A DNA stretch of 64,000 bases from a virus: positions 21,293-85,292 of IMG/VR virus record IMGVR_UViG_3300045988_162524; one strand, 5' to 3'. The stretch's first letter is position 1. Every line of letters begins with the position of its first letter. The translations under genes were made by a program, and so were the position numbers. The notes beneath the pieces were generated by a model. That model saw only the letters and a list, made by a program, of their open reading frames with translations. It was not told the origin of the DNA and made no database searches. This document shows, one piece after another, positions 1 through 8,466 of the stretch.

Positions 1-385
1 ATGTATCGCAATTAACCTCCTGTGCCAATGTAGGATATACCATTACATCATGCAAAGGAAAATTCATCGTACTGTTTGGTGTGGAGACAATAGCATTCAG
101 TTTCTCATTATCTACATCTATATCAAAGTAATCCTCCATTAGAAGAGAAACATAGTTCTCAATATCGTCCTTGTCTATGCAAAACTCGATATTCTTATAA
201 GACTCTTCCAACTTGAAATGGGTCTTTATCGCATTCTTGTCATTGTAAGATAACAACCAACACGTATTATCGACTATTTGAACTTTAACAGATTGCAAAA
301 TTGGCAATGGAGTTCTTTTGGAAGAGAAACTACCACCTGTCTTTATTGCGTTCAAAAAATCCTTCTTATTAAACTTAATCCTCAT
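1..385 (-). CDS. DNA polymerase III beta (sliding clamp)-like protein, N-terminal part; gene runs off the window start
   Basis: Own translation from ATG 385-383: MRIKFNKKDFLNAIKTGGSFSSKRTPLPILQSVKVQIVDN... stays open to position 1. The N-terminus fits the clamp pattern (..F.i.k..L....PIL..V.i). Confidence 0.5.
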   Translation of the reverse strand, partial: MRIKFNKKDFLNAIKTGGSFSSKRTPLPILQSVKVQIVDNTCWLLSYNDKNAIKTHFKLEESYKNIEFCIDKDDIENYVSLLMEDYFDIDVDNEKLNAIVSTPNSTMNFPLHDVMVYPTLAQEVNCDT

Positions 386-593
386 CGTTTAGCAATAATA
401 AAATGTTATAATATTCATCTCTTTTTTTTATTCTAAAATCCACCATAGTATTCAAGCATTTTATGACTTCGGGACATTCTTGACGACGAAGCTGTAAAAA
501 GTTCTTCAAATCCTTCAATGTACGAACGGCTTGATCTGTCTGATCCACTATTTTTTCAGCCGTTCTAATTTTATCATATAATTCTGCTTTCAT
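375..593 (-). CDS. hypothetical protein (72 aa)
   Basis: ORF track; overlaps neighbours by a few nt in a minus-strand operon. Confidence 0.5.
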   Translation of the reverse strand: MKAELYDKIRTAEKIVDQTDQAVRTLKDLKNFLQLRRQECPEVIKCLNTMVDFRIKKRDEYYNILLLLNDED

Positions 594-787
594 TTGTTCG
601 CTTTTACATAATTATCACAAAAAGTTCCATTATATGCAGGTTCTAAAAAACCGTAATAAAGATAATCCTCCCCATTTAAAGGGTCAAAGATATAGTAGTC
701 AAGATATTCTTGATATTTTTTACAAGTATCTCTGATTTTACAATTCATACCATCGCACATAACGCTATACTTGTCCTCCCTCATCAT
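590..787 (-). CDS. hypothetical Cys-rich protein (65 aa)
   Basis: ORF track; CDGMNCKIRDTCKK...FCDNY; 4-nt overlap with the downstream ORF. Confidence 0.5.
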   Translation of the reverse strand: MMREDKYSVMCDGMNCKIRDTCKKYQEYLDYYIFDPLNGEDYLYYGFLEPAYNGTFCDNYVKANK

Positions 788-944
788 TGTAAATTGCTAT
801 CAATTCATTCATTCTGTCTACCAAGAAGCTTGCTGCCTCTCCTACCTGCTGTGATATTAAGATATAAGGCTTTAACTGATTCTCATACATAGAATCCATC
901 GCTTTGATGGTATCTTCCAGCTTTTTTAAATTTTCCGGTTTCAT
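765..944 (-). CDS. hypothetical protein (59 aa, below ORF-track cutoff)
   Basis: Own translation MKPENLKKLEDTIKAMDSMYENQLKPYILISQQVGEAASFLVDRMNELIAIYNDEGGQV. ATGA overlap with the stop of 941..1285. Confidence 0.35.
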   Translation of the reverse strand: MKPENLKKLEDTIKAMDSMYENQLKPYILISQQVGEAASFLVDRMNELIAIYNDEGGQV

Positions 945-1285
945 AAGTTTTCTTTTATAAAATAAATACCATCAATTAAAACGTAAGGCAGAGTACCTTT
1001 CTTAATTCGCTGCCGAACCGTCTCCTTAGCAAGATTATTCATCTCTGCGTAATGGCGTATAGTTAATAAACTATTCAATTCTCTTTTATCCTCGATACAA
1101 TCAAGTATTTCTTTTAACTTTTCATCAATACATGCATAAGAATCAGGAGAATAAAGTACTTTCATATTAATACCTACATTTATATGAGTACTAATATTAT
1201 TTTCACGAATATTTGTCCTAATAGGGTCGCTAACAGAAAGTGTTATCGAATCTTTAGCTACTAAATCTTTAAATTTTACCATCAA
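941..1285 (-). CDS. putative DNA-binding protein (C-terminal excisionase/MerR-like HTH)
   Basis: C-terminal TIRHYAEMNNLAKETVRQRIKKGTLPYVLIDGIYFI resembles phage HTH_17-type domains. Confidence 0.45.
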   Translation of the reverse strand: MMVKFKDLVAKDSITLSVSDPIRTNIRENNISTHINVGINMKVLYSPDSYACIDEKLKEILDCIEDKRELNSLLTIRHYAEMNNLAKETVRQRIKKGTLPYVLIDGIYFIKENL

Positions 1286-1899
1286 TCTAAAAGTTTAAAT
1301 TCATATACAAATACATAAGGATTGGATTTAAAAACTCCTTTGCCGGATACTTTGTCTATCAAAACTTCAAAAGCATCACGAGGGGTACAATATGGTTGTT
1401 TTTCTTTAGGTACATAATAAGCATCCATAAAGTGAGTGGATTCGGATCCACATTTCCCTTTTACAATTCCCTCTTTCAAGCAATCTTCATCGGATATATC
1501 TTGTAGGCGTTCTACCTTGATGTCGGTAATTTCGATATGGTGGGGCATTAGGTTAACTTTCACAAACATCTTGTTAGCCCATCCAGCTGCTCTGTCTCTG
1601 TGATAATGAATCCCATCCTGTACCCATGAATACTCTCCATTATATCCAATGTCTTTATAACTTTGCGCAATGGCAACAACTTCACCAACCTTGTATTTAG
1701 GTTCAAATGTCATACGAATATTATCAGACTTGTCTTTCCAAATAATACAATCATCGACAATATCAAATATATCGTAAATGTCAAGGTAAGGAACAAGTTT
1801 ATCAGGGATATAAAATATCCTCCTTGTCATAGTCTTTCGACCATCCAATACGGCTTGGGTTAAGCCAAATTTATCATTGAACATTATTTTTTTACTCAT
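1282..1899 (-). CDS. ASCH domain protein
   Basis: N-terminal FNDKFGLTQAVLDGRKTMTRR matches the ASCH signature (..G.KT.E.R). Confidence 0.55.
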   Translation of the reverse strand: MSKKIMFNDKFGLTQAVLDGRKTMTRRIFYIPDKLVPYLDIYDIFDIVDDCIIWKDKSDNIRMTFEPKYKVGEVVAIAQSYKDIGYNGEYSWVQDGIHYHRDRAAGWANKMFVKVNLMPHHIEITDIKVERLQDISDEDCLKEGIVKGKCGSESTHFMDAYYVPKEKQPYCTPRDAFEVLIDKVSGKGVFKSNPYVFVYEFKLLD

Positions 1900-2053
1900 A
1901 TCACATTTATTTTAGTTTCCAATAAAAACCTCCGGCAGACTTAGACCGTCCTTTAAGGCAGTTTGTTATTGATGTTATAAGTATGCCATTTTCTTTTGCT
2001 GCGATTGCCTAATCTTTTTCAAGACATCAACATTAAACGGTACACGAATACTA

Positions 2054-2398
2054 TTATCTACTTTCATCGTCCTGTCCTCCCTCTTTTTCAGGTTCAACGT
2101 TCATAGTATTTCCCTTTTGCTGACTTTTCCATTGAATTATAGTCATGATAGCAGCACCGAAAATACTGTTTACGAACTGGGTTCTCTGATTATCATCTTC
2201 AAGAGGAAGAGTTGGAGGGTCAAGTATAATCTCCGAAACACCATCCAAATCAGAACCGGACACACCATTATCTTTCAATTCCGGTAAATTCAAAATGCTT
2301 CTCAAATTAGAAGCATCAACATAACAACTTACTTTAATACGTTCCATATTTTTTGGTTTTAAATTAATGTTCTGCAAATATAAGTTGGCGATTGGCAA
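2054..2398 (-). CDS. hypothetical protein (114 aa)
   Basis: ORF track; acidic C-terminus. Preceded on the minus strand by a promoter box at 2627-2634 and a leader of about 230 nt. Confidence 0.5.
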   Translation of the reverse strand: MPIANLYLQNINLKPKNMERIKVSCYVDASNLRSILNLPELKDNGVSGSDLDGVSEIILDPPTLPLEDDNQRTQFVNSIFGAAIMTIIQWKSQQKGNTMNVEPEKEGGQDDESR

Positions 2399-2626
2399 TC
2401 GCCAAATGTAATTAAGGCTTTAACACTACATTAACGTTTAGCATATATAAAAAACAAGGGACAGCTTCACTAAGCCATCCCCGTCCCCATGTTCAACTGA
2501 AAGAAAAAAGTAATCAAACACCTTTAAATGAATAAAAAATTAGAGATAATATATAGGGGTAATATCACTATCACCCCTACATTTTTTGTCAAACACTTAT
2601 AAGTAAATTCTACTGTACCAGTACTG

Positions 2627-2634
2627 CAAATATA
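2627..2634 (-). promoter_or_regulatory. Bacteroidota-type -7 promoter box (TATATTTG on minus strand)
   Basis: Plus strand CAAATATA is the reverse complement of TAnnTTTG. It lies just downstream of the 2651..2953 gene. Confidence 0.4.
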
Positions 2635-2650
2635 GAGAACATTTTCAATA

Positions 2651-2953
2651 CTACAAAGAAATTCCTTGTTTTTTTTGCCCCATCTCTGTCAAATGGTTAA
2701 ACCAACGAACAGCAAGGTCGGCAGACCTATACGTTTTACCCATGTACAGCGAATCGCCAAACCCGTTGCTACTGGGATAACTCACACAATCAAACATCTT
2801 GTTCTCAACACGACGGAAAACTTCATAAACAACATTACCGCCACAATCGTCAACGCTTCTATACATATAAGCATAAGGAGACTTGTTCACCAAAGTAAAA
2901 GTAAAACCCTTAGTCTCACCACGACCCTTTATAACCAATTCCAACTCTTTCAT
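2651..2953 (-). CDS. hypothetical protein (100 aa; start trimmed from ORF-track 3049)
   Basis: Internal ATG at 2953 (MKELELVIKG...) forms an ATGA overlap with the dcm stop at 2950-2952. The longer ORF would overlap dcm by 100 nt. Confidence 0.5.
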   Translation of the reverse strand: MKELELVIKGRGETKGFTFTLVNKSPYAYMYRSVDDCGGNVVYEVFRRVENKMFDCVSYPSSNGFGDSLYMGKTYRSADLAVRWFNHLTEMGQKKQGISL

Positions 2954-3930
2954 TTTTTGTTTTTTATAAAAGAAAATATATGTTTTATGACTTCTACAGT
3001 CCATCCGTTGCCAAGCATCTTGTAGATTTGGGTGTCTGAACAATACCATTTATACCAATCAGGAACAGTTTGCAAACGAGCACATTCCAAAGGAGTATAT
3101 CTCCTAAGCCTTCTTTCACCATTTATAGTAACAGGAACATAATCAGTAACTAAATTCCCTTTATATATCGCTGTGGCTGTTATACAATGAGACTTATCAT
3201 CTCCTGACATAATTCTTATTTTTACATTCTTCTTTTTGCTACGAGATACAAGCCAATCATGCATATTGTCACTGATAAAGTACTTTTTATCAACTTCATC
3301 TTCAAGAATATCCCTTAAATAGATACATCTGTCAGCAGGACGAGGTATATGGGTATATAAATCATGATTAAAAAGACCATATCTTGTAGTCTTTATATTG
3401 CTCCAATATATTCGTCTCCTGTTCTGGGCGGATACCAATGCGGAATTAATATGCGCACCCTTGATTCCAAGAACGCTATCTATCACATTCTCCCATTTAG
3501 TCTGCATCTCCACATTCTCCAACAAAAACAGAATATCAGGATTGACTTTTCTCAATTCCTTCAAAATACGCACATACTCCCAAAACAGGTAGGATTCACC
3601 CTCAAATTCATAATTATGTTCTTTCAATTCCAAATATCGGTCAAGAGTAACCACCTCTTCACTGCACTTAGTACTCATACCGTTCATCTTACCAGCGGAA
3701 CTGAACGAAGTGCACGGAGAACCGCCAATAAGCAAGTCTATCCTGCCAAGTTTGGATGCATCCAATTCCCTAACGTCACCTACATGGATAACGTTAGGGA
3801 AGTTGCGACTTGTCTGCATAATAGCATATTTGTCTATCTCGGAAGCATAATAAACCTCCGGCTCTATGCCAAGCTCCCTCAAAGCAATCATGCCGCAGCC
3901 CATACCATCAAACAAAGACAATACCCTCAT
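2950..3930 (-). CDS. dcm: DNA (cytosine-5)-methyltransferase
   Basis: Motif I FDGMGCG, motif IV GGSPCTSFS, motif VI ENV, C-terminal QTVPDWY and GNGWTV. Confidence 0.9.
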   Translation of the reverse strand: MRVLSLFDGMGCGMIALRELGIEPEVYYASEIDKYAIMQTSRNFPNVIHVGDVRELDASKLGRIDLLIGGSPCTSFSSAGKMNGMSTKCSEEVVTLDRYLELKEHNYEFEGESYLFWEYVRILKELRKVNPDILFLLENVEMQTKWENVIDSVLGIKGAHINSALVSAQNRRRIYWSNIKTTRYGLFNHDLYTHIPRPADRCIYLRDILEDEVDKKYFISDNMHDWLVSRSKKKNVKIRIMSGDDKSHCITATAIYKGNLVTDYVPVTINGERRLRRYTPLECARLQTVPDWYKWYCSDTQIYKMLGNGWTVEVIKHIFSFIKNKK

Positions 3931-4370
3931 TCAGAAATCTTCAAACTAGGTAAAACACCGGCAGCATCAAACAAAATACTAGAAACAGCATCTTTATACT
4001 CCCTCTCGCTTATCTCATCGCCCAAATAATGAACATAAGCCTTCTCTGATAAGTTAATCCTAATACAGCCATTATCATCACGACTAACAGAAGATACCAT
4101 ACATTCTGCTAACACTTTACCATCTGAACCAGCATACAAATCTTCCGGCTGAACATCTAACAATACATGATATTCGTAAAAAGGAGAACGGGAACTATAG
4201 CGATGTTCGGATTTATAATAACGACCTATCTTATCCTTAAATTCAGGATAATACCTTTTAGCAAGGTAATTTTCATATTCCTTCCTAACAACATAAAGCT
4301 CCTCATCCAATTGCGCCAACTTGTCCTGATACCAAGACAAATCCTTCTCTTCTTTCTTCTTCATAAACAT
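3927..4370 (-). CDS. hypothetical protein (147 aa)
   Basis: ORF track; 4-nt overlap with dcm; promoter box 4401-4408 upstream. Confidence 0.55.
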   Translation of the reverse strand: MFMKKKEEKDLSWYQDKLAQLDEELYVVRKEYENYLAKRYYPEFKDKIGRYYKSEHRYSSRSPFYEYHVLLDVQPEDLYAGSDGKVLAECMVSSVSRDDNGCIRINLSEKAYVHYLGDEISEREYKDAVSSILFDAAGVLPSLKISE

Positions 4371-4400
4371 GATTTCTATCTTTTTTAGTTAAACATGTCG

Positions 4401-4408
4401 CAAATATA
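4401..4408 (-). promoter_or_regulatory. -7 promoter box (TATATTTG on minus strand)
   Basis: Plus CAAATATA, about 30 nt upstream of the ATG at 4370. Similar boxes at 4650-4657 and 4810-4817. Confidence 0.45.
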
Positions 4409-4538
4409 CACCCATTTAAAGCAAAAAACAAGAAATATACAAAATATAACACTGACTTTAACTAAATAGACACCAAATAAGGTTTAATAAGTGGCATAAA
4501 TAACGATTTTCATACCAAAAATGAAGAACTTATCGTCT

Positions 4539-4777
4539 TAATGGCTAAAATAGGAAAAATATATTAATAGTTAAACTAAAAAAGAAAACCCCCATCTTCA
4601 CAGACCGGGGAAAGTACAAATTGTAAAATCTTAGTTTTATGGCTAAGCACAAATATAATGAATTAAGCCAATAGACACAACAAAAAATAGCAGAAAATAG
4701 ACAAAATCAATTATGGCTATTAAATGCTACTTTATAACACCCAAAAAATATAAAATCCCCAACCTGAAAAGCCATAA
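4539..4777. repeat. T(T/A)ATGGCT 8-mer repeats (iteron- or operator-like)
   Basis: TAATGGCT 4539-4546; TTATGGCT 4637-4644 and 4711-4718; inverted AGCCATAA 4770-4777. All lie in a 460-bp non-coding spacer. Confidence 0.5.
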
Positions 4778-4828
4778 AAACAAGAAAGGGGACACAGAAA
4801 GAAGGTACGCAAAGATATATAATTTCTC

Positions 4829-5947
4829 TTAATCATCCAACTTTTTCCAAATATATCCACCACCCCTTTTTGTAATTCCCTTTATATTTTGCCATATACA
4901 CGAATAGCGTACACCTGTTGAGTTACTAGCACTTCTTATTCCATCATACTGTGCTATAAAAACGCCATTTAGGTCGTATTGTTCTATCTTAAAGTCATTA
5001 GGAAAATAAGCTCTTATCTCTTTTTTGTTTTTGATAGACTCTTTGACAGGCTTATTTTCACATTCAGACATTGGCTTATAGGTGTCACCAAGAACTTTTC
5101 CAATAGTCTCATCGTAAGGCTCTATCTTTATGGGATAATCATCAGATACTTTCTTGTATAAAACATAACCATTTACGTATTTGCCATAAGGAATGTTATG
5201 GTTGCGACTAAAAGATAAGGCAGCACGTCGTTTGCTTTCATACTCTCCACAAAAATTACCTTGCATATCATACTTCAATGCATGAGGAACAACATGAGTG
5301 ACATATTCTTTTTCAACTACATGTTTTACAACCTCATTGTGAACGATAGTCCGCGTACGATTGACCACTTTATAACCAACTGGCTCTATGCGTTCAGGGA
5401 TATAGCCATATTTACCAGTCTTGAATATATATTTGCCTTTGTATATCTTAGCTTTATCAAGAAAACGAGATAATTCATTTTCCAATAAACCCATATCATA
5501 ACAACAACGACCTTTTGAATGATAACTCTTTTGAAAAACGCCATCTTTGTCATAAACCAAAACTTGGCAAGAAGCACCATTGGTCTGAATATCTTCTGTA
5601 GGAATACCTAATATCTCGCCACCTATGCCAGAATTATAACCATTTGGATACAATGTGTCAAATTCACGAATATACTTTATCTCTAAAATTGATAGGCAGA
5701 GGAGAAGGTCAGAAGAATCGGCTATATCCAAAACTGATACAATAGAAATATCCACATTCTCAATTCCAAATTCAGCAAGAGCAGACATGTTCTTTGAATC
5801 AGAACCAAAATTACGAGATAATTGAGACTCATACAACCTAACACGATTACCCAAACATTTAGTCTGACCAATATAACACTTACCATCTGGGTAAGTCAAC
5901 TTGTAAACACAAGCACATTTCAATTTCTTAGCTTCTTCAATTTTCAT
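4829..5947 (-). CDS. GIY-YIG homing endonuclease with three IENR1/NUMOD-like C-terminal repeats
   Basis: VYKLTYPDGKCYIGQT...R...NGYN. Repeats are VLVYDKDGVFQKSY.., ALKYDMQGNFCGEY.., IEQYDLNGVFIAQY... Start set at MKIEEAK (5947) with its own promoter box at 5969-5976. Confidence 0.8.
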   Translation of the reverse strand: MKIEEAKKLKCACVYKLTYPDGKCYIGQTKCLGNRVRLYESQLSRNFGSDSKNMSALAEFGIENVDISIVSVLDIADSSDLLLCLSILEIKYIREFDTLYPNGYNSGIGGEILGIPTEDIQTNGASCQVLVYDKDGVFQKSYHSKGRCCYDMGLLENELSRFLDKAKIYKGKYIFKTGKYGYIPERIEPVGYKVVNRTRTIVHNEVVKHVVEKEYVTHVVPHALKYDMQGNFCGEYESKRRAALSFSRNHNIPYGKYVNGYVLYKKVSDDYPIKIEPYDETIGKVLGDTYKPMSECENKPVKESIKNKKEIRAYFPNDFKIEQYDLNGVFIAQYDGIRSASNSTGVRYSCIWQNIKGITKRGGGYIWKKLDD

Positions 5948-5968
5948 ATACGATTCATTTAATTTCTG

Positions 5969-5976
5969 CAAATATA
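5969..5976 (-). promoter_or_regulatory. -7 promoter box for the GIY-YIG gene
   Basis: Plus CAAATATA equals minus TATATTTG, about 20 nt upstream of the ATG at 5947. Confidence 0.5.
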
Positions 5977-6070
5977 TAAAATAAAAATTACTATACTGAT
6001 TAAGGGTAAGAAAAAAAAAGTAAAAAAAAATGAAAATTGAAAAATTTATGGGCAAAAGCAGCACTTAACC

Positions 6071-6113
6071 GTGGCTTCAAAACAGGGGGGGTGGTAGGCA
6101 CGGGGAAAGCCAC
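6071..6113. other. GC-rich hairpin with G7 tract
   Basis: GTGGCTT 6071-6077 pairs with AAGCCAC 6107-6113. The loop holds GGGGGGG (6085-6091), GG, GG and GGGG. Confidence 0.5.
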
Positions 6114-6465
6114 CGGAAAACAGATGGCAAAATACAGGAATGAACGTATTTTTAGGCTTAATTTTAAAAGATCAATAATAAGACGATATAAACATAGTAT
6201 TTCATATTAAAACATCGCATTAAGCCTTAAAACACGTCTAAAACACTCGTTTCGTGTTCTGGAAACATTGGTTTTGCCCTATAATGTGCAAAAATAGGCT
6301 GCATTAAACAAGCATACACAAAAAAATGCTTGGCATGTGAGAAAGCCGCACTTTCCCATATATAACCTTTTTCGCATTTTGTTTTCTTCTTATAGATTTT
6401 TTCTATGATGTTTATCTTTTCGATATGTTTTATCTATTCTATTTTTTTTACACGTTTATTTTTCT

Positions 6466-6545
6466 CTATATAGTATATATATATAATATAGTAGTATATA
6501 TATTATTTACTCATATACTATAACATCTTCGATATTATAGTATAT
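6466..6545. repeat. Near-pure A/T block with TATAGTA repeats (DNA-unwinding-element-like)
   Basis: TATAGTA at 6469-6475, 6487-6493 and 6536-6542; inverted TACTATA at 6516-6522. Confidence 0.5.
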
Positions 6546-6554
6546 TCGTTAATA

Positions 6555-6669
6555 GTGCTTGCCTGTTTGCTTTCCGTTTCCGCTTGCTTGCTTTTCCCCT
6601 TTTCCCTTTATCCCTTTTCCCGTTTGTGTTTTGCGTTGTTTTTTTTGTGTTCCAGTGCGTTTTTTCGTT
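6555..6669. other. A-depleted tract containing a C-tract / G-quadruplex-type motif
   Basis: Only two A residues (6610, 6654) in 115 nt. C4-T4-C3-TTTAT-C3-T4-C3 at 6596-6621 reads G3N4G3N5G3N4G4 on the minus strand. Confidence 0.6.
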
Positions 6670-6809
6670 ATTGTTTACATTTAACACGAAATTAACTTAA
6701 CTACGATTTTTTCGTACTTATTTGTGTTAATTCAATAATGCATATAGTGCGCATAGTCTAACAAAGGTTAATATATTAGTGCATATTTTGCGCATTCCGA
6801 TAATGTGTG

Positions 6810-6817
6810 TATATTTG
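6810..6817 (+). promoter_or_regulatory. -7 promoter box (TATATTTG)
   Basis: Exact TAnnTTTG. Followed by hairpins (GGGAAA/TTTCCC 6831-6845) and about 600 nt without a credible ORF. Confidence 0.4.
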
Positions 6818-7317
6818 CAATACAAAGAAAGGGAAACAGTTTCCCAAGTAGTTCTTTAAAATACTGATTGACTCCTATCTTATGCAGACCGCAAGATATT
6901 ATATTATACACCTGTATAACAGGTTTTCGATTTACTGGGAATAGAGCTATATTATAATATCCCTTTTCTTTTTTGCGTTTCGTTCTGCTGTTGGTTAATT
7001 GGTTTTCGTTCATTCACATGTTGAAAATAGCGGCTTATTTGTTGCATCGTAGCAACCTTACAAGCATAAGACTATTAAGTAGGTATTACTCAAACATTGG
7101 TTATATCAGTACCTACAAACTAGTAATTAGTTATGAGACCGTAATAGTGAGTTATACGGGTGAAACGAAAGGAGACCGACCCTAGTAGTTATAATATAGT
7201 GAATAAACCAATACAATAACAATTAAATTCTAAATAACATCTAATAATAGCAAGTATCCAATATAACGGGTAAATCTAGTAACAACTAACAATAATTAGT
7301 TATTACTCAAGTTCTGT

Positions 7318-7339
7318 TATATTTGGCTTGCTATTTTTG
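7318..7339 (+). promoter_or_regulatory. tandem -7 promoter boxes ahead of the early plus-strand block
   Basis: TATATTTG 7318-7325 and TATTTTTG 7332-7339, about 100 nt upstream of the first early ORF. Confidence 0.45.
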
Positions 7340-7432
7340 TTAATGTAGCCTATATATTCCTGTAATATATAGACGGTTACAAGCCCGATAAATACAGAGT
7401 TGCAATATAATTACCAATATTAATATAAATCT

Positions 7433-7615
7433 ATGGAAATAATAGTATCTAAGAGATCCGGCAATGTATTAGTATATATACCGGAATTAAAAAAACGTGT
7501 TAGTTTAGATTCTAGTACGTTTTTGTGGTTTGATGGTAGTTTTTGCCATAACGAAATAGTAGACCACATTGAACGTAATTTTAAAATATATATTACGAAT
7601 GTGATATATTTGTAA
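7433..7615 (+). CDS. hypothetical protein (60 aa)
   Basis: ORF track; first ORF after the early promoters. Confidence 0.4.
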   Translation: MEIIVSKRSGNVLVYIPELKKRVSLDSSTFLWFDGSFCHNEIVDHIERNFKIYITNVIYL

Positions 7616-7651
7616 GCATTCGTATAAAATACTAATCAATACTTTTTAATC

Positions 7652-7903
7652 ATGGGAAAGATAGAAGAAAAAAAGACGTTTAAGTATGTTGTTACTTATA
7701 TGTTATACAGACATACAAACGTACTTATAAAAGTAGGAAAAAAAACTTATGAATTTGTAAATGTGTGCGATGATAATAAAACCGCTTTTGGCGGCAATAC
7801 GATAGCAGTTCTTTATGATTTTAAGGCACAAAAATATATAGCGGTTAAAGTTGATGATGAAAAGTTTAACAAGGTTGAGACTATAATACTACCAAATCAA
7901 TAA
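7652..7903 (+). CDS. hypothetical protein (83 aa)
   Basis: ORF track; tandem packing. Confidence 0.5.
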   Translation: MGKIEEKKTFKYVVTYMLYRHTNVLIKVGKKTYEFVNVCDDNKTAFGGNTIAVLYDFKAQKYIAVKVDDEKFNKVETIILPNQ

Positions 7904-7927
7904 TAATTAAATAAAGGAGGAATAAAC

Positions 7928-8185
7928 ATGAAAAATTTAGTAAATATTTGCGATTTATATCCAAACGATAGCCATAAGTCTTTTTACGGGAAAGCGAAAG
8001 TAAAAATATATAGCGATAATACAAAAGTACTTCAATCTTATAACACCGACGTTGCAAAAATAGATGCAAACGGAAATGTTATACGATTGTGGAACGGTTG
8101 GAGTGCTACAACTGGCAGACATATAGCAAGTTTTTGCGGACTAAATAAAAAAGAATTTTTAAATTTACCTTTAAATAATAAATAA
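7928..8185 (+). CDS. hypothetical protein (85 aa), family common in plasmid/phage leading regions
   Basis: KSFYGKAKV...LQSYNT.V...WNGWSATTGRHI pattern; AAGGAGGAATAA 7914-7925 upstream. Confidence 0.55.
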   Translation: MKNLVNICDLYPNDSHKSFYGKAKVKIYSDNTKVLQSYNTDVAKIDANGNVIRLWNGWSATTGRHIASFCGLNKKEFLNLPLNNK

Positions 8186-8188
8186 GTT

Positions 8189-8440
8189 ATGACTACAAAA
8201 GAATTTAACAATAGCATTATATCTAATTGTTTAGGCGAATTCTTAGACAATGAAGGAAATACAAATGTCATTTATATTGGATATAGAGACGACACGAACG
8301 AATTAATAGCCGGTAACGTATGTAATACCGTAATAATTCCGATAACTTCGATAGATTACGACGATGATCTTTCTATAGATGCAAATATAGAAATTCTTTG
8401 GGATAAATTAGATTATATAGGCTTTGAAAGAATAGGTTAA
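8189..8440 (+). CDS. hypothetical protein (83 aa)
   Basis: ORF track; tandem packing. Confidence 0.5.
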   Translation: MTTKEFNNSIISNCLGEFLDNEGNTNVIYIGYRDDTNELIAGNVCNTVIIPITSIDYDDDLSIDANIEILWDKLDYIGFERIG

Positions 8441-8466
8441 ATTAAACGAAATAGGAGAAACAAATC

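Noticed and set aside
5948-6064. 39-aa N-terminal extension of the GIY-YIG ORF (MLLLPINFSIFIFFYFFFL...)
   Set aside because: It is a translation of a poly-A/T tract. A -7 promoter box (5969-5976) lies inside it, and the conserved GIY-YIG domain begins right after the internal Met at 5947.
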